Positions 1 through 12,237 of a stretch of DNA of 64,000 bases are shown piece after piece. A model generated the notes under the pieces. It saw nothing but the letters and a program-made list of their open reading frames with translations. It did no database searches and was not told the DNA's origin. The DNA comes from Eledone cirrhosa (taxonomy: Eukaryota), in contig OZ024759.1 in NCBI GenBank assembly GCA_964016885.1, positions 24,180,001-24,244,000 of the forward strand, in the 5' to 3' direction. Both the position numbers and the translations under genes were made by a program. Each line of letters begins with the position of its first letter. Positions within the stretch are counted from its first letter, which is position 1.

Positions 1-165
1 ATCTACCTCATACTCTCTACCTCTTTTTGAGTAATCCCTTGTTTGTCTTTCAAGCAAGTTGGTCTTTACTCCTATGGACGTATAAACCTTTACACTATCT
101 CATAACCATTCCTATATTTGTCTTTCCAAGTCATGTGCTTTCACACTTTGAGCCCAGTTTACTTC

Positions 166-188
166 GATATATCTCTATATATCTCTAT
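166..188. repeat. Internal 10-bp tandem duplication (atatatctct x2) overlapping the palindrome gatatatc, once per monomer; representative copy
   Basis: atatatctct at 167-176 and 177-186; gatatatc at 166-173 is self-complementary. Confidence 0.9.
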
Positions 189-272
189 CTTCCTTTTAAC
201 GGAAAACACCATGCTGTCTGGCTATCTCTCACCCAATCTACCTCATACTCTCTACCTCTTTTTGAGTAATCC

Positions 273-293
273 CTTGCTTGTCTTTCAAGCAAG
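273..293. other. Perfect 8-bp inverted repeat with a 5-nt spacer (cttgcttg-tcttt-caagcaag), once per monomer; this is a representative copy
   Basis: cttgcttg (273-280) is the reverse complement of caagcaag (286-293). Confidence 0.95.
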
Positions 294-834
294 TTGGTCT
301 TTACTCCTATGGACGTATAAACCTTTACACTATCTCATAACCATTCCTATATTCGTCTTTCCAAGTCATGTGCTTTCACACTTTGAGCCCAGTTTACTTC
401 GATATATCTCTATATATCTCTATCTTCCTTTTAACGGAAAACACCATGCTGTCTGGCTATCTCTCACCGAATCTACCTCATACTCTCTACCTCTTTTTGA
501 GTAATCCCTTGCTTGTCTTTCAAGCAAGTTGGTCTTTACTCCTATGGACGTATAAACCTTTACACTATCTCATAACCATTCCTATATTCGTCTTTCCAAG
601 TCATGTGCTTTCACACTTTGAGCCCAGTTTACTTCGATATATCTCTATATATCTCTATTTTCCTTTTAACGGAAAACACCATGCTGTCTGGCTATCTCTC
701 TCCCAATCTACCTCATACTCTCTACCTCTTTTTGAGTAATCCCTTGCTTGTCTTTCAAGCAAGTTGGTCTTTACTCCTATGGACGTATAAACCTTTACAC
801 TATCTCATAACCATTCCTATATTCGTCTTTCCAA

Positions 835-957
835 AACATGTGCTTTAACACTTTGAGCCCAGTTTACTTCGATATATCCCTATATATCTCTATTTTCCTT
901 TTAACGGAAAACACCATGCTGTCTGGCTCACTCTCTCCCTTATCTACCTCATGCGAT
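835..957. repeat. Variant monomer subtype 'B' (236 bp), first copy
   Basis: Linked changes from consensus: ccaaAAcatg, tttAacac, atatcCctat, ggctCActctctccCTTatc (+1 bp), catGCGAtcta. The gcgatc signature occurs about 34 times by eye count. Confidence 0.9.
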
Positions 958-1430
958 CTACCTCTTTTTGAGTAATCCCTTGCTTGTCTTTCAAGCAAGT
1001 TGGTCTTTACTCCTATGGACGTATAAACCTTTACACTATCTCATAACCATTCCTATATTCGTCTTTCCAAGTCATGTGCTTTCACACTTTGAGCCCAGTT
1101 TACTTCGATATATCTCTATATATCTCTATTTTCCTTTTAACGGAAAACACCATGCTGTCTGGCTATCTCTCTCCCAATCTACCTCATACTCTCTACCTCT
1201 TTTTGAGTAATCCCTTGCTTGTCTTCCAAGCAAGTTGGTCTTTACTCCTATGGACGTATAAACCTTTACACTATCTCATAACCATTCCTATATTCGTCTT
1301 TCCAAGTCATGTGCTTTCACACTTTGAGCCCAGTTTACTTCGATATATCTCTATATATCTCTATCTTCCTTTTAACGGAAAACACCATGCTGTCTGGCTA
1401 TCTCTCTCCCAATCTACCTCATACTCTCTA

Positions 1431-1440
1431 GCACTTTTTT
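1431..1440. repeat. Variant monomer subtype 'D' signature, first copy
   Basis: ctctaGcActtttttag replaces ctctacctctttttgag (three linked changes) and recurs throughout the window. It produces the ORF endings YSLALF. Confidence 0.9.
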
Positions 1441-1966
1441 AGTAATCCCTTGCTTGTCTTTCAAGCAAGTTGGTCTTTACTCCTATGGACGTATAAACCT
1501 TTACACTATCTCATAACCATTCCTATATTCGTCTTTCCAAGTCATGTGTTTTCACACTTTGAGCCCTGTTTACTTCGATATATCTCTATATATCTCTATT
1601 TTCCTTTTAACGGAAAACACCATGCTGTCTGGCTATCTCTCTCCCAATCTACCTCATACTCTCTACCTCTTTTTGAGTAATCCCTTGCTTGTCTTTCAAG
1701 CAAGTTGGTCTTTACTCCTATGGACGTATAAACCTTTACACTATCTCATAACCATTCCTATATTCGTCTTTCCAAGTCATGTGCTTTCACACTTTGAGCC
1801 CAGTTTACTTCGATATATCTCTATATATCTCTATCTTCCTTTTAACGGAAAACACCATGCTGTCTGGCTATCTCTCACCCAATCTATCTCATACTCTCTA
1901 CCTCTTTTTGAGTAATCCCTTGCTTGTCTTTCAAGCAAGTTGGTCTTTACTCCTATGGACGTATAA

Positions 1967-2023
1967 GCCTTTACACTATCTCATAACCATTCCTATATTC
2001 GTCTTTGCAAGTCATGTGCATTA
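1967..2023. repeat. Variant monomer subtype 'C' signature, first copy
   Basis: Linked tataaGcc, tctttGcaag and gtgcAttAacac. It produces the ORF endings FASHVH and is last seen at about 45.96 kb. Confidence 0.9.
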
Positions 2024-3769
2024 ACACTTTGAGCCCAGTTTACTTCGATATATCTCTATATATCTCTATTTTCCTTTTAACGGAAAACACCATGCTGTCT
2101 GGCTATCTCTCTCCCAATCTACCTCATACTCTCTACCTCTTTTTGAGTAATCCCTTGTTTGTCTTTCAAGCAAGTTGGTCTTTACTCCTATGGACGTATA
2201 AACCTTTACACTATCTCATAACCATTCCTATATTTGTCTTTCCAAGTCATGTGCTTTCACACTTTGAGCCCAGTTTACTTCGATATATCTCTATATATCT
2301 CTATCTTCCTTTTAACGGAAAACACCATGCTGTCTGGCTATCTCTCACCCAATCTACCTCATACTCTCTACCTCTTTTTGAGTAATCCCTTGCTTGTCTT
2401 TCAAGCAAGTTGGTCTTTACTCCTATGGACGTATAAACCTTTACACTATCTCATAACCATTCCTATATTCGTCTTTCCAAGTCATGTGCTTTCACACTTT
2501 GAGCCCAGTTTACTTCGATATATCTCTATATATCTCTATCTTCCTTTTAACGGAAAACACCATGCTGTCTGGCTATCTCTCACCGAATCTACCTCATACT
2601 CTCTACCTCTTTTTGAGTAATCCCTTGCTTGTCTTTCAAGCAAGTTGGTCTTTACTCCTATGGACGTATAAACCTTTACACTATCTCATAACCATTCCTA
2701 TATTCGTCTTTCCAAGTCATGTGCTTTCACACTTTGAGCCCAGTTTACTTCGATATATCCCTATATATCTCTATTTTCCTTTTAACGGAAAACACCATGC
2801 TGTCTGGCTATCTCTCTCCCAATCTACCTCATACTCTCTACCTCTTTTTGAGTAACCCTTGCTTGTCTTTCAAGCAAGTTGGTCTTTACTCCTATGGACG
2901 TATAAACCTTTACACTATCTCATAACCATTCCTATATTCGTCTTTCCAAAACATGTGCTTTAACACTTTGAGCCCAGTTTACTTCGATATATCCCTATAT
3001 ATCTCTATTTTCCTTTTAACGGAAAACACCATGCTGTCTGGCTCTCTCTCTCCCTTATCTACCTCATGCGATCTACCTCTTTTTGAGTAATCCCTTGCTT
3101 GTCTTTCAAGCAAGTTGGTCTTTACTCCCATGGACGTATAAACCTTTACACTATCTCATAACCATTCCCATATTCGTCTTTCCAAGTCATGTGCTTTAAC
3201 ACTTTGAGCCCGGTTTACTTCGATATATCTCTATATATCTCTATTTTCCTTTTAACGGAAAACACCATGCTGTCTGGCTATCTCTCTCCCAATCTACCTC
3301 ATACTCTCTACCTCTTTTTGAGTAATCCCTTGCTTGTCTTTCAAGCAAGTTGGTCTTTACTCCTATGGACGTATAAACCTTTACACTATCTCATAACCAT
3401 TCCTATATTCGTCTTTCCAAGTCATGTGCTTTCACACTTTGAGCCCAGTTTACTTCGATATATCTCTATATATCTCTATCTTCTTTTTAACGGAAAACAC
3501 CATGCTGTCTGGCTATCTCTCTCCCAATCTACCTCATACTCTCTAGCACTTTTTTAGTAATCCCTTGCTTGTCTTTCAAGCAAGTTGGTCTTTACTCCTA
3601 TGGACGTATAAACCTTTACACTATCTCATAACCATTCCTATATTCGTCTTTCCAAGTCATGTGCCTTCACAATTTGAGCCCAGTTTACTTCGATATATCT
3701 CTATATATCTCTATCTTCCTTTTAACGGAAAACACCATGCTGTCTGGCTATCTCTCACCCAATCTACCT

Positions 3770-6700
3770 CATACTCTCTACCTCTTTTTGAGTAATCCCT
3801 TGCTTGTCTTTCAAGCAAGTTTGTCTTTACTCCTATGGACGTATAAACCTTTACACTATCTCATAACCATTGCTATATTCGTCTTTCCAAGTCATGTGCT
3901 TTCACACTTTGAGCCCAGTTTACTTCGATATATCTCTATATATCTCTATTTTCCTTTTAACGGAAAACACCATGCTGTCTGGCTATCTCTCTCCCAATCT
4001 ACCTCATACTCTCTACCTCTTTTTGAGTAATCCCTTGCTTGTCGTCCAAGCAAGTTGGTCTTTACTCCTATGGACGTAGAAACCTTTACACTATCTCATA
4101 ACCATTCCTATATTCGTCTTTCCAAGTCATGTGCTTTCACACTTTGAGCCCAGTTTACTTCGATATATCCCTATATATCTCTATTTTCCTTTTAACGGAA
4201 AACACCATGCTGTCTGGCTATCTCTCTCCCAATCTACCTCATACTCTCTACCTCTTTTTGAGTAACCCTTGCTTGTCTTTCAAGCAAGTTGGTCTTTACT
4301 CCTATGGACGTATAAACCTTTACACTATCTCATAACCATTCCTATATTCGTCTTTCCAAAACATGTGCTTTAACACTTTGAGCCCAGTTTACTTCGATAT
4401 ATCCCTATATATCTCTATTTTCCTTTTAACGGAAAACACCATGCTGTCTGGCTCTCTCTCTCTCCCTTATCTACCTCATGCGATCTACCTCTTTTTGAGT
4501 AATCCCTTGCTTGTCTTTCAAGCAAGTTGGTCTTTACTCCCATGGACGTATAAACCTTTACACTATCTCATAACCATTCCCATATTCGTCTTTCCAAGTC
4601 ATGTGCTTTCACACTTTGAGCCCAGTTTACTTCGATATATCTCTATATATCTCTATTTTCCTTTTAACGGAAAACACCATGCTGTCTGGCTATCTCTCTC
4701 CCAATCTACCTCATACTCTCTACCTCTTTTTGAGTAATCCCTTGCTTGTCTTTCAAGCAAATTGGTCTTTACTCCTATGGACGTATAAACCTTTACACTA
4801 TCTCATAACCATTCCTATATTCGTCTTTCCAAGTCATGTGCTTTCACACTTTGAGCCCAGTTTACTTCGATATATCTCTATATATCTCTATCTTCCTTTT
4901 AACGGAAAACACCATGCTGTCTGGCTATCTCTCACCCAATCTATCTCATACTCTCTACCTCTTTTTGAGTAATCCCTTGCTTGTCTTTCAAGCAAGTTGG
5001 TCTTTACTCCTATGGACGTATAAGCCTTTACACTATCTCATAACCATTCCTATATTCGTCTTTGCAAGTCATGTGCATTAACACTTTGAGCCCAGTTTAC
5101 TTCGATATATCTCTATATATCTCTATTTTCCTTTTAACGGAAAACACCATGCTGTCTGGCTATCTCTCTCCCAATCTACCTCATACTCTCTACCTCTTTT
5201 TGAGTAATCCCTTGTATGTCTTTCAAGCAAGTTGGTCTTTACTCCTATGGACGTATAAACCTTTACACTATCTCATAACCATTCCTATATTCGTCTTTCC
5301 AAGTCATGTGCTTTCACACTTTGAGCCCAGTTTACTTCGATATATCTCTATATATCTCTATCTTCCTTTTAACGGAAAACACCATGCTGTCTGGCTATCT
5401 CTCACCCAATCTACCTCATACTCTCTACCTCTTTTTGAGTAATCCCTTGCTTATCTTTCAAGCAAGTTGGTCTTTACTCCTATGGACGTATAAACCTTTA
5501 CACTATCTCATAACCATTCCTATATTCGTCTTTCCAAAACATGTGCTTTAACACTTTGAGCCCAGTTTACTTCGATATATCCCTATATATCTCTATCTTC
5601 CTTTTAACGGAAAACACCATGCTGTCTGGCTCACTCTCTCCCTTATCTACCTCATGCGATCTACCTCTTTTTGAGTAATCCCTTGCTTGTCTTTCAAGCA
5701 AGTTGGTCTTTACTCCTATGGACGTATAAACCTTTACACTATCTCATAACCATTCCTATATTCGTCTTTCCAAGTCATGTGCTTTCACACTTTGAGCCCA
5801 GTTTACTTCGATATATCTCTATATATCTCTATTTTCCTTTTAACGGAAAACACCATGCTGTCTGGCTATCTCTCTCCCAATCTACCTCATACTCTCTACC
5901 TCTTTTTGAGTAATCCCTTGCTTGTCTTCCAAGCAAGTTGGTCTTTACTCCTATGGACGTATAAACCTTTACACTATCTCATAACCATTCCTATATTCGT
6001 CTTTCCAAGTCATGTGCTTTCACACTTTGAGCCCAGTTTACTTCGATATATCTCTATATATTTCTATTTTCCTTTTAACGGAAAACACCATGCTGTCTGG
6101 CTATCTCTCTCCCAATCTACCTCATACTCTCTACCTCTTTTTGAGTAATCCCTTGCTTGTCTTTCAAGCAAGTTGGTCTTTACTCCTATGGACGTATAAA
6201 CCTTTACACTATCTCATAACCATTCCTATATTCGTCTTTCCAAGTCATGTGCTTTCACACTTTGAGCCCAGTTTACTTCGATATATCTCTATATATCTCT
6301 ATCTTCTTTTTAACGGAAAACACCATGCTGTCTGTCTATCCATCTCCCAATCTACCTCATACTCTCTAGCACTTTTTTAGTAATCCCTTGCTTGTCTTTC
6401 AAGCAAGTTGGTCTTTACTCCTATGGACGTATAAACCTTTACACTATCTCATAACCATTCCTATATTCGTCTTTCCAAGTCATGTGCTTTCACACTTTGA
6501 GCCCAGTTTACTTCGATATATCTCTATATATTTCTATTTTCCTTTTAACGGAAAACACCATGCTGTCTGGCTATCTCTCTCCCAATCTACCTCATACTCT
6601 CTACCTCTTTTTGAGTAATCCCTTGCTTGTCTTTCAAGCAAGTTGGTCTTTACTCCTATGGACGTATAAACCTTTACACTATCTCATAACCATTCCTATA

Positions 6701-9700
6701 TTCGTCTTTCCAAGTCATGTGCTTTCACACTTTGAGCCCAGTTTACTTCGATATATCTCTATATATCTCTATCTTCCTTTTAACGGAAAACACCATGCTG
6801 TCTGGCTATCTCTCACCCAATCTACCTCATACTCTCTACCTCTTTTTGAGTAATCCCTTGCTTATCTTTCAAGCAAGTTGGTCTTTACTCCTATGGACGT
6901 ATAAACCTTTACACTATCTCATAACCATTCCTATATTCGTCTTTCCAAAACATGTGCTTTAACACTTTGAGCCCAGTTTACTTCGATATATCCCTATATA
7001 TCTCTATTTTCCTTTTAACGGAAAACACCATGCTGTCTGGCTCACTCTCTCCCTTATCTACCTCATGCGATCTACCTCTTTTTGAGTAATCCCTTGCTTG
7101 TCTTTCAAGCAAGTTGGTCTTTACTCCTATGGACGTATAAACCTTTACACTATCTCATAACCATTCCTATATTCGTCTTTCCAAGTCATGTGCTTTCACA
7201 CTTTGAGCCCAGTTTACTTCGATATATCTCTATATATCTCTATTTTCCTTTTAACGGAAAACACCATGCTGTCTGGCTATCTCTCTCCCAATCTACCTCA
7301 TACTCTCTACCTCTTTTTGAGTAATCCCTTGCTTGTCTTCCAAGCAAGTTGGTCTTTACTCCTATGGACGTATAAACCTTTACACTATCTCATAACCATT
7401 CCTATATTCGTCTTTCCAAGTCATGTGTTTTCACACTTTGAGCCCAGTTTACTTCGATATATCTCTATATATCTCTATCTTCTTTTTAACGGAAAACACC
7501 ATGCTGTCTGGCTATCTCTCTCCCAATCTACCTCATACTCTCTAGCACTTTTTTAGTAATCCCTTGCTTGTCTTTCAAGCAAGTTGGTCTTTACTCCTAT
7601 GGACGTATAAACCTTTACACTATCTCATAACCATTCCTATATTCGTCTTTCCAAGTCATGTGCTTTCACACTTTGAGCCCAGTTTACTTCGATATATCTC
7701 TATATATATCTATTTTCCTTTTAACGGAAAACACCATGCTGTCTGGCTATCTCTCTCCCAATCTACCTCATACTCTCTACCTCTTTTTGAGTAATCCCTT
7801 GCTTGTCTTTCAAGCAAGTTGGTCTTTACTCCTATGGACGTATAAACCTTTACACTATCTCATAACCATTCCTATATTCGTCTTTCCAAGTCATGTGTTT
7901 TCACACTTTGAGCCCAGTTTACTTCGATATATCTCTATATATCTCTATCTTCTTTTTAACGGAAAACACCATGCTGTCTGGCTATCCCTCTCCCAATCTA
8001 CCTCATACTCTCTACCTCTTTTTGAGTAATCCCTTGCTTGTCTTTCAAGCAAGTTGGTCTTTACTCCTATGGACGTATAAACCTTTACACTATCTCATAA
8101 CCATTGCTATATTCGTCTTTCCAAGTCATGTGCTTTCACACTTTGAGCCCAGTTTACTTCGATATATCTCTATATATCTCTATTTTCCTTTTAACGGAAA
8201 ACACCATGCTGTCTGGCTATCTCTCTCCCAATCTACCTCATACTCTCTACCTCTTTTTGAGTAATCCCTTGCTTGTCGTCCAAGCAAGTTGGTCTTTACT
8301 CCTATGGACGTAGAAACCTTTACACTATCTCATAACCATTCCTATATTCGTCTTTCCAAGTCATGTGCTTTCACACTTTGAGCCCAGTTTACTTCGATAT
8401 ATCCCTATATATCTCTATTTTCCTTTTAACGGAAAACACCATGCTGTCTGGCTATCTCTCTCCCAATCTACCTCATACTCTCTACCTCTTTTTGAGTAAC
8501 CCTTGCTTGTCTTTCAAGCAAGTTGGTCTTTACTCCTATGGACGTATAAACCTTTACACTATCTCATAACCATTCCTATATTCGTCTTTCCAAAACATGT
8601 GCTTTAACACTTTGAGCCCAGTTTACTTCGATATATCCCTATATATCTCTATTTTCCTTTTAACGGAAAACACCATGCTGTCTGGCTCTCTCTCTCTCCC
8701 TTATCTACCTCATGCGATCTACCTCTTTTTGAGTAATCCCTTGCTTGTCTTTCAAGCAAGTTGGTCTTTACTCCCATGGACGTATAAACCTTTACACTAT
8801 CTCATAACCATTCCCATATTCGTCTTTCCAAGTCATGTGCTTTCACACTTTGAGCCCAGTTTACTTCGATATATCTCTATATATCTCTATTTTCCTTTTA
8901 ACGGAAAACACCATGCTGTCTGGCTATCTCTCTCCCAATCTACCTCATACTCTCTACCTCTTTTTGAGTAATCCCTTGCTTGTCTTTCAAGCAAATTGGT
9001 CTTTACTCCTATGGACGTATAAACCTTTACACTATCTCATAACCATTCCTATATTCGTCTTTCCAAGTCATGTGCTTTCACACTTTGAGCCCAGTTTACT
9101 TCGATATATCTCTATATATCTCTATCTTCCTTTTAACGGAAAACACCATGCTGTCTGGCTATCTCTCACCCAATCTATCTCATACTCTCTACCTCTTTTT
9201 GAGTAATCCCTTGCTTGTCTTTCAAGTAAGTTGGTCTTTACTCCTATGGACGTATAAGCCTTTACACTATCTCATAACCATTCCTATATTCGTCTTTGCA
9301 AGTCATGTGCATTAACACTTTGAGCCCAGTTTACTTCGATATATCTCTATATATCTCTATTTTCCTTTTAACGGAAAACACCATGCTGTCTGGCTATCTC
9401 TCTCCCAATCTACCTCATACTCTCTACCTCTTTTTGAGTAATCCCTTGTTTGTCTTTCAAGCAAGTTGGTCTTTACTCCTATGGACGTATAAACCTTTAC
9501 ACTATCTCATAACCATTCCTATATTCGTCTTTCCAAGTCATGTGCTTTCACACTTTGAGCCCAGTTTACTTCGATATATCTCTATATATCTCTATCTTCC
9601 TTTTAACGGAAAACACCATGCTGTCTGGCTATCTCTCACCCAATCTACCTCATACTCTCTACCTCTTTTTGAGTAATCCCTTGCTTATCTTTCAAGCAAG

Positions 9701-12237
9701 TTGGTCTTTACTCCTATGGACGTATAAACCTTTACACTATCTCATAACCATTCCTATATTCGTCTTTCCAAAACATGTGCTTTAACACTTTGAGCCCAGT
9801 TTACTTCGATATATCCCTATATATCTCTATTTTCCTTTTAACGGAAAACACCATGCTGTCTGGCTCACTCTCTCCCTTATCTACCTCATGCGATCTACCT
9901 CTTTTTGAGTAATCCCTTGCTTGTCTTTCAAGCAAGTTGGTCTTTACTCCTATGGACGTATAAACCTTTACACTATCTCATAACCATTCCTATATTCGTC
10001 TTTCCAAGTCATGTGCTTTCACACTTTGAGCCCAGTTTACTTCGATATATCTCTATATATCTCTATTTTCCTTTTAACGGAAAACACCATGCTGTCTGGC
10101 TATCTCTCTCCCAATCTACCTCATACTCTCTACCTCTTTTTGAGTAATCCCTTGCTTGTCTTCCAAGCAAGTTGGTCTTTACTCCTATGGACGTATAAAC
10201 CTTTACACTATCTCATAACCATTCCTATATTCGTCTTTCCAAGTCATGTGCTTTCACACTTTGAGCCCAGTTTACTTCGATATATCTCTATATATTTCTA
10301 TTTTCCTTTTAACGGAAAACACCATGCTGTCTGGCTATCTCTCTCCCAATCTACCTCATACTCTCTACCTCTTTTTGAGTAATCCCTTGCTTGTCTTTCA
10401 AGCAAGTTGGTCTTTACTCCTATGGACGTATAAACCTTTACACTATCTCATAACCATTCCTATATTCGTCTTTCCAAGTCATGTGCTTTCACACTTTGAG
10501 CCCAGTTTACTTCGATATATCTCTATATATCTCTATCTTCTTTTTAACGGAAAACACCATGCTGTCTGTCTATCCATCTCCCAATCTACCTCATACTCTC
10601 TAGCACTTTTTTAGTAATCCCTTGCTTGTCTTTCAAGCAAGTTGGTCTTTACTCCTATGGACGTATAAACCTTTACACTATCTCATAACCATTCCTATAT
10701 TCGTCTTTCCAAGTCATGTGCTTTCACACTTTGAGCCCAGTTTACTTCGATATATCTCTATATATTTCTATTTTCCTTTTAACGGAAAACACCATGCTGT
10801 CTGGCTATCTCTCTCCCAATCTACCTCATACTCTCTACCTCTTTTTGAGTAATCCCTTGCTTGTCTTTCAAGCAAGTTGGTCTTTACTCCTATGGACGTA
10901 TAAACCTTTACACTATCTCATAACCATTCCTATATTCGTCTTTCCAAGTCATGTGCTTTCACACTTTGAGCCCAGTTTACTTCGATATATCTCTATATAT
11001 CTCTATCTTCCTTTTAACGGAAAACACCATGCTGTCTGGCTATCTCTCACCCAATCTACCTCATACTCTCTACCTCTTTTTGAGTAATCCCTTGCTTATC
11101 TTTCAAGCAAGTTGGTCTTTACTCCTATGGACGTATAAACCTTTACACTATCTCATAACCATTCCTATATTCGTCTTTCCAAAACATGTGCTTTAACACT
11201 TTGAGCCCAGTTTACTTCGATATATCCCTATATATCTCTATTTTCCTTTTAACGGAAAACACCATGCTGTCTGGCTCACTCTCTCACTTATCTACCTCAT
11301 GCGATCTACCTCTTTTTGAGTAATCCCTTGCTTGTCTTTCAAGCAAGTTGGTCTTTACTCCTATGGACGTATAAACCTTTACACTATCTCATAACCATTC
11401 CTATATTCGTCTTTCCAAGTCATGTGCTTTCACACTTTGAGCCCAGTTTACTTCGATATATCTCTATATATCTCTATTTTCCTTTTAACGGAAAACACCA
11501 TGCTGTCTGGCTATCTCTCTCCCAATCTACCTCATACTCTCTACCTCTTTTTGAGTAATCCCTTGCTTGTCTTCCAAGCAAGTTGGTCTTTACTCCTATG
11601 GACGTATAAACCTTTACACTATCTCATAACCATTCCTATATTCGTCTTTCCAAGTCATGTGTTTTCACACTTTGAGCCCAGTTTACTTCGATATATCTCT
11701 ATATATCTCTATCTTCTTTTTAACGGAAAACACCATGCTGTCTGGCTATCTCTCTCCCAATCTACCTCATACTCTCTAGCACTTTTTTAGTAATCCCTTG
11801 CTTGTCTTTCAAGCAAGTTGGTCTTTACTCCTATGGACGTATAAACCTTTACACTATCTCATAACCATTCCTATATTCGTCTTTCCAAGTCATGTGCTTT
11901 CACACTTTGAGCCCAGTTTACTTCGATATATCTCTATATATATCTATTTTCCTTTTAACGGAAAACACCATGCTGTCTGGCTATCTCTCTCCCAATCTAC
12001 CTCATACTCTCTACCTCTTTTTGAGTAATCCCTTGCTTGTCTTTCAAGCAAGTTGGTCTTTACTCCTATGGACGTATAAACCTTTACACTATCTCATAAC
12101 CATTCCTATATTCGTCTTTCCAAGTCATGTGCTTTCACACTTTGAGCCCAGTTTACTTCGATATATCTCTATATATCTCTATCTTCTTTTTAACGGAAAA
12201 CACCATGCTGTCTGGCTATCCCTCTCCCAATCTACCT
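3770..12237. repeat. 18-monomer (4234 bp) tandem higher-order duplication, 2 copies
   Basis: Constant 4234-bp offset (ORFs 3870/8104, 4363/8597, 6012/10246, 7564/11798). Shared rare variants include ccattGcta, gtcGtCcaag, cgtaGaaac, an extra CT, gcaaAttgg, tctgTctatcCAtc and ctatcCctc. Confidence 0.93.

Noticed and set aside
81-86. TATA box (tataaa) in each monomer
   Set aside because: A six-base match in AT-rich repeat DNA with no supporting promoter context or downstream gene.
162-180. CENP-B box at cttcgatatatc
   Set aside because: It has TTCG and the A, but not the required CGGG of NTTCGNNNNANNCGGGN.
1-235. Mouse major satellite (234 bp), because of the similar length
   Set aside because: The sequence lacks the GAAAA-rich four-subrepeat pattern (e.g. 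GGAATATGGCGAGAAAACTGAAAA) on either strand. Only the length is similar.
273-300. Rho-independent terminator at the dyad
   Set aside because: There is no upstream gene and no proper U-tract after the stem on either strand, and the context is satellite DNA.
2853-2859. Telomere-like taaccct
   Set aside because: A single unit created by a 1-bp deletion in taatccct, never in tandem.
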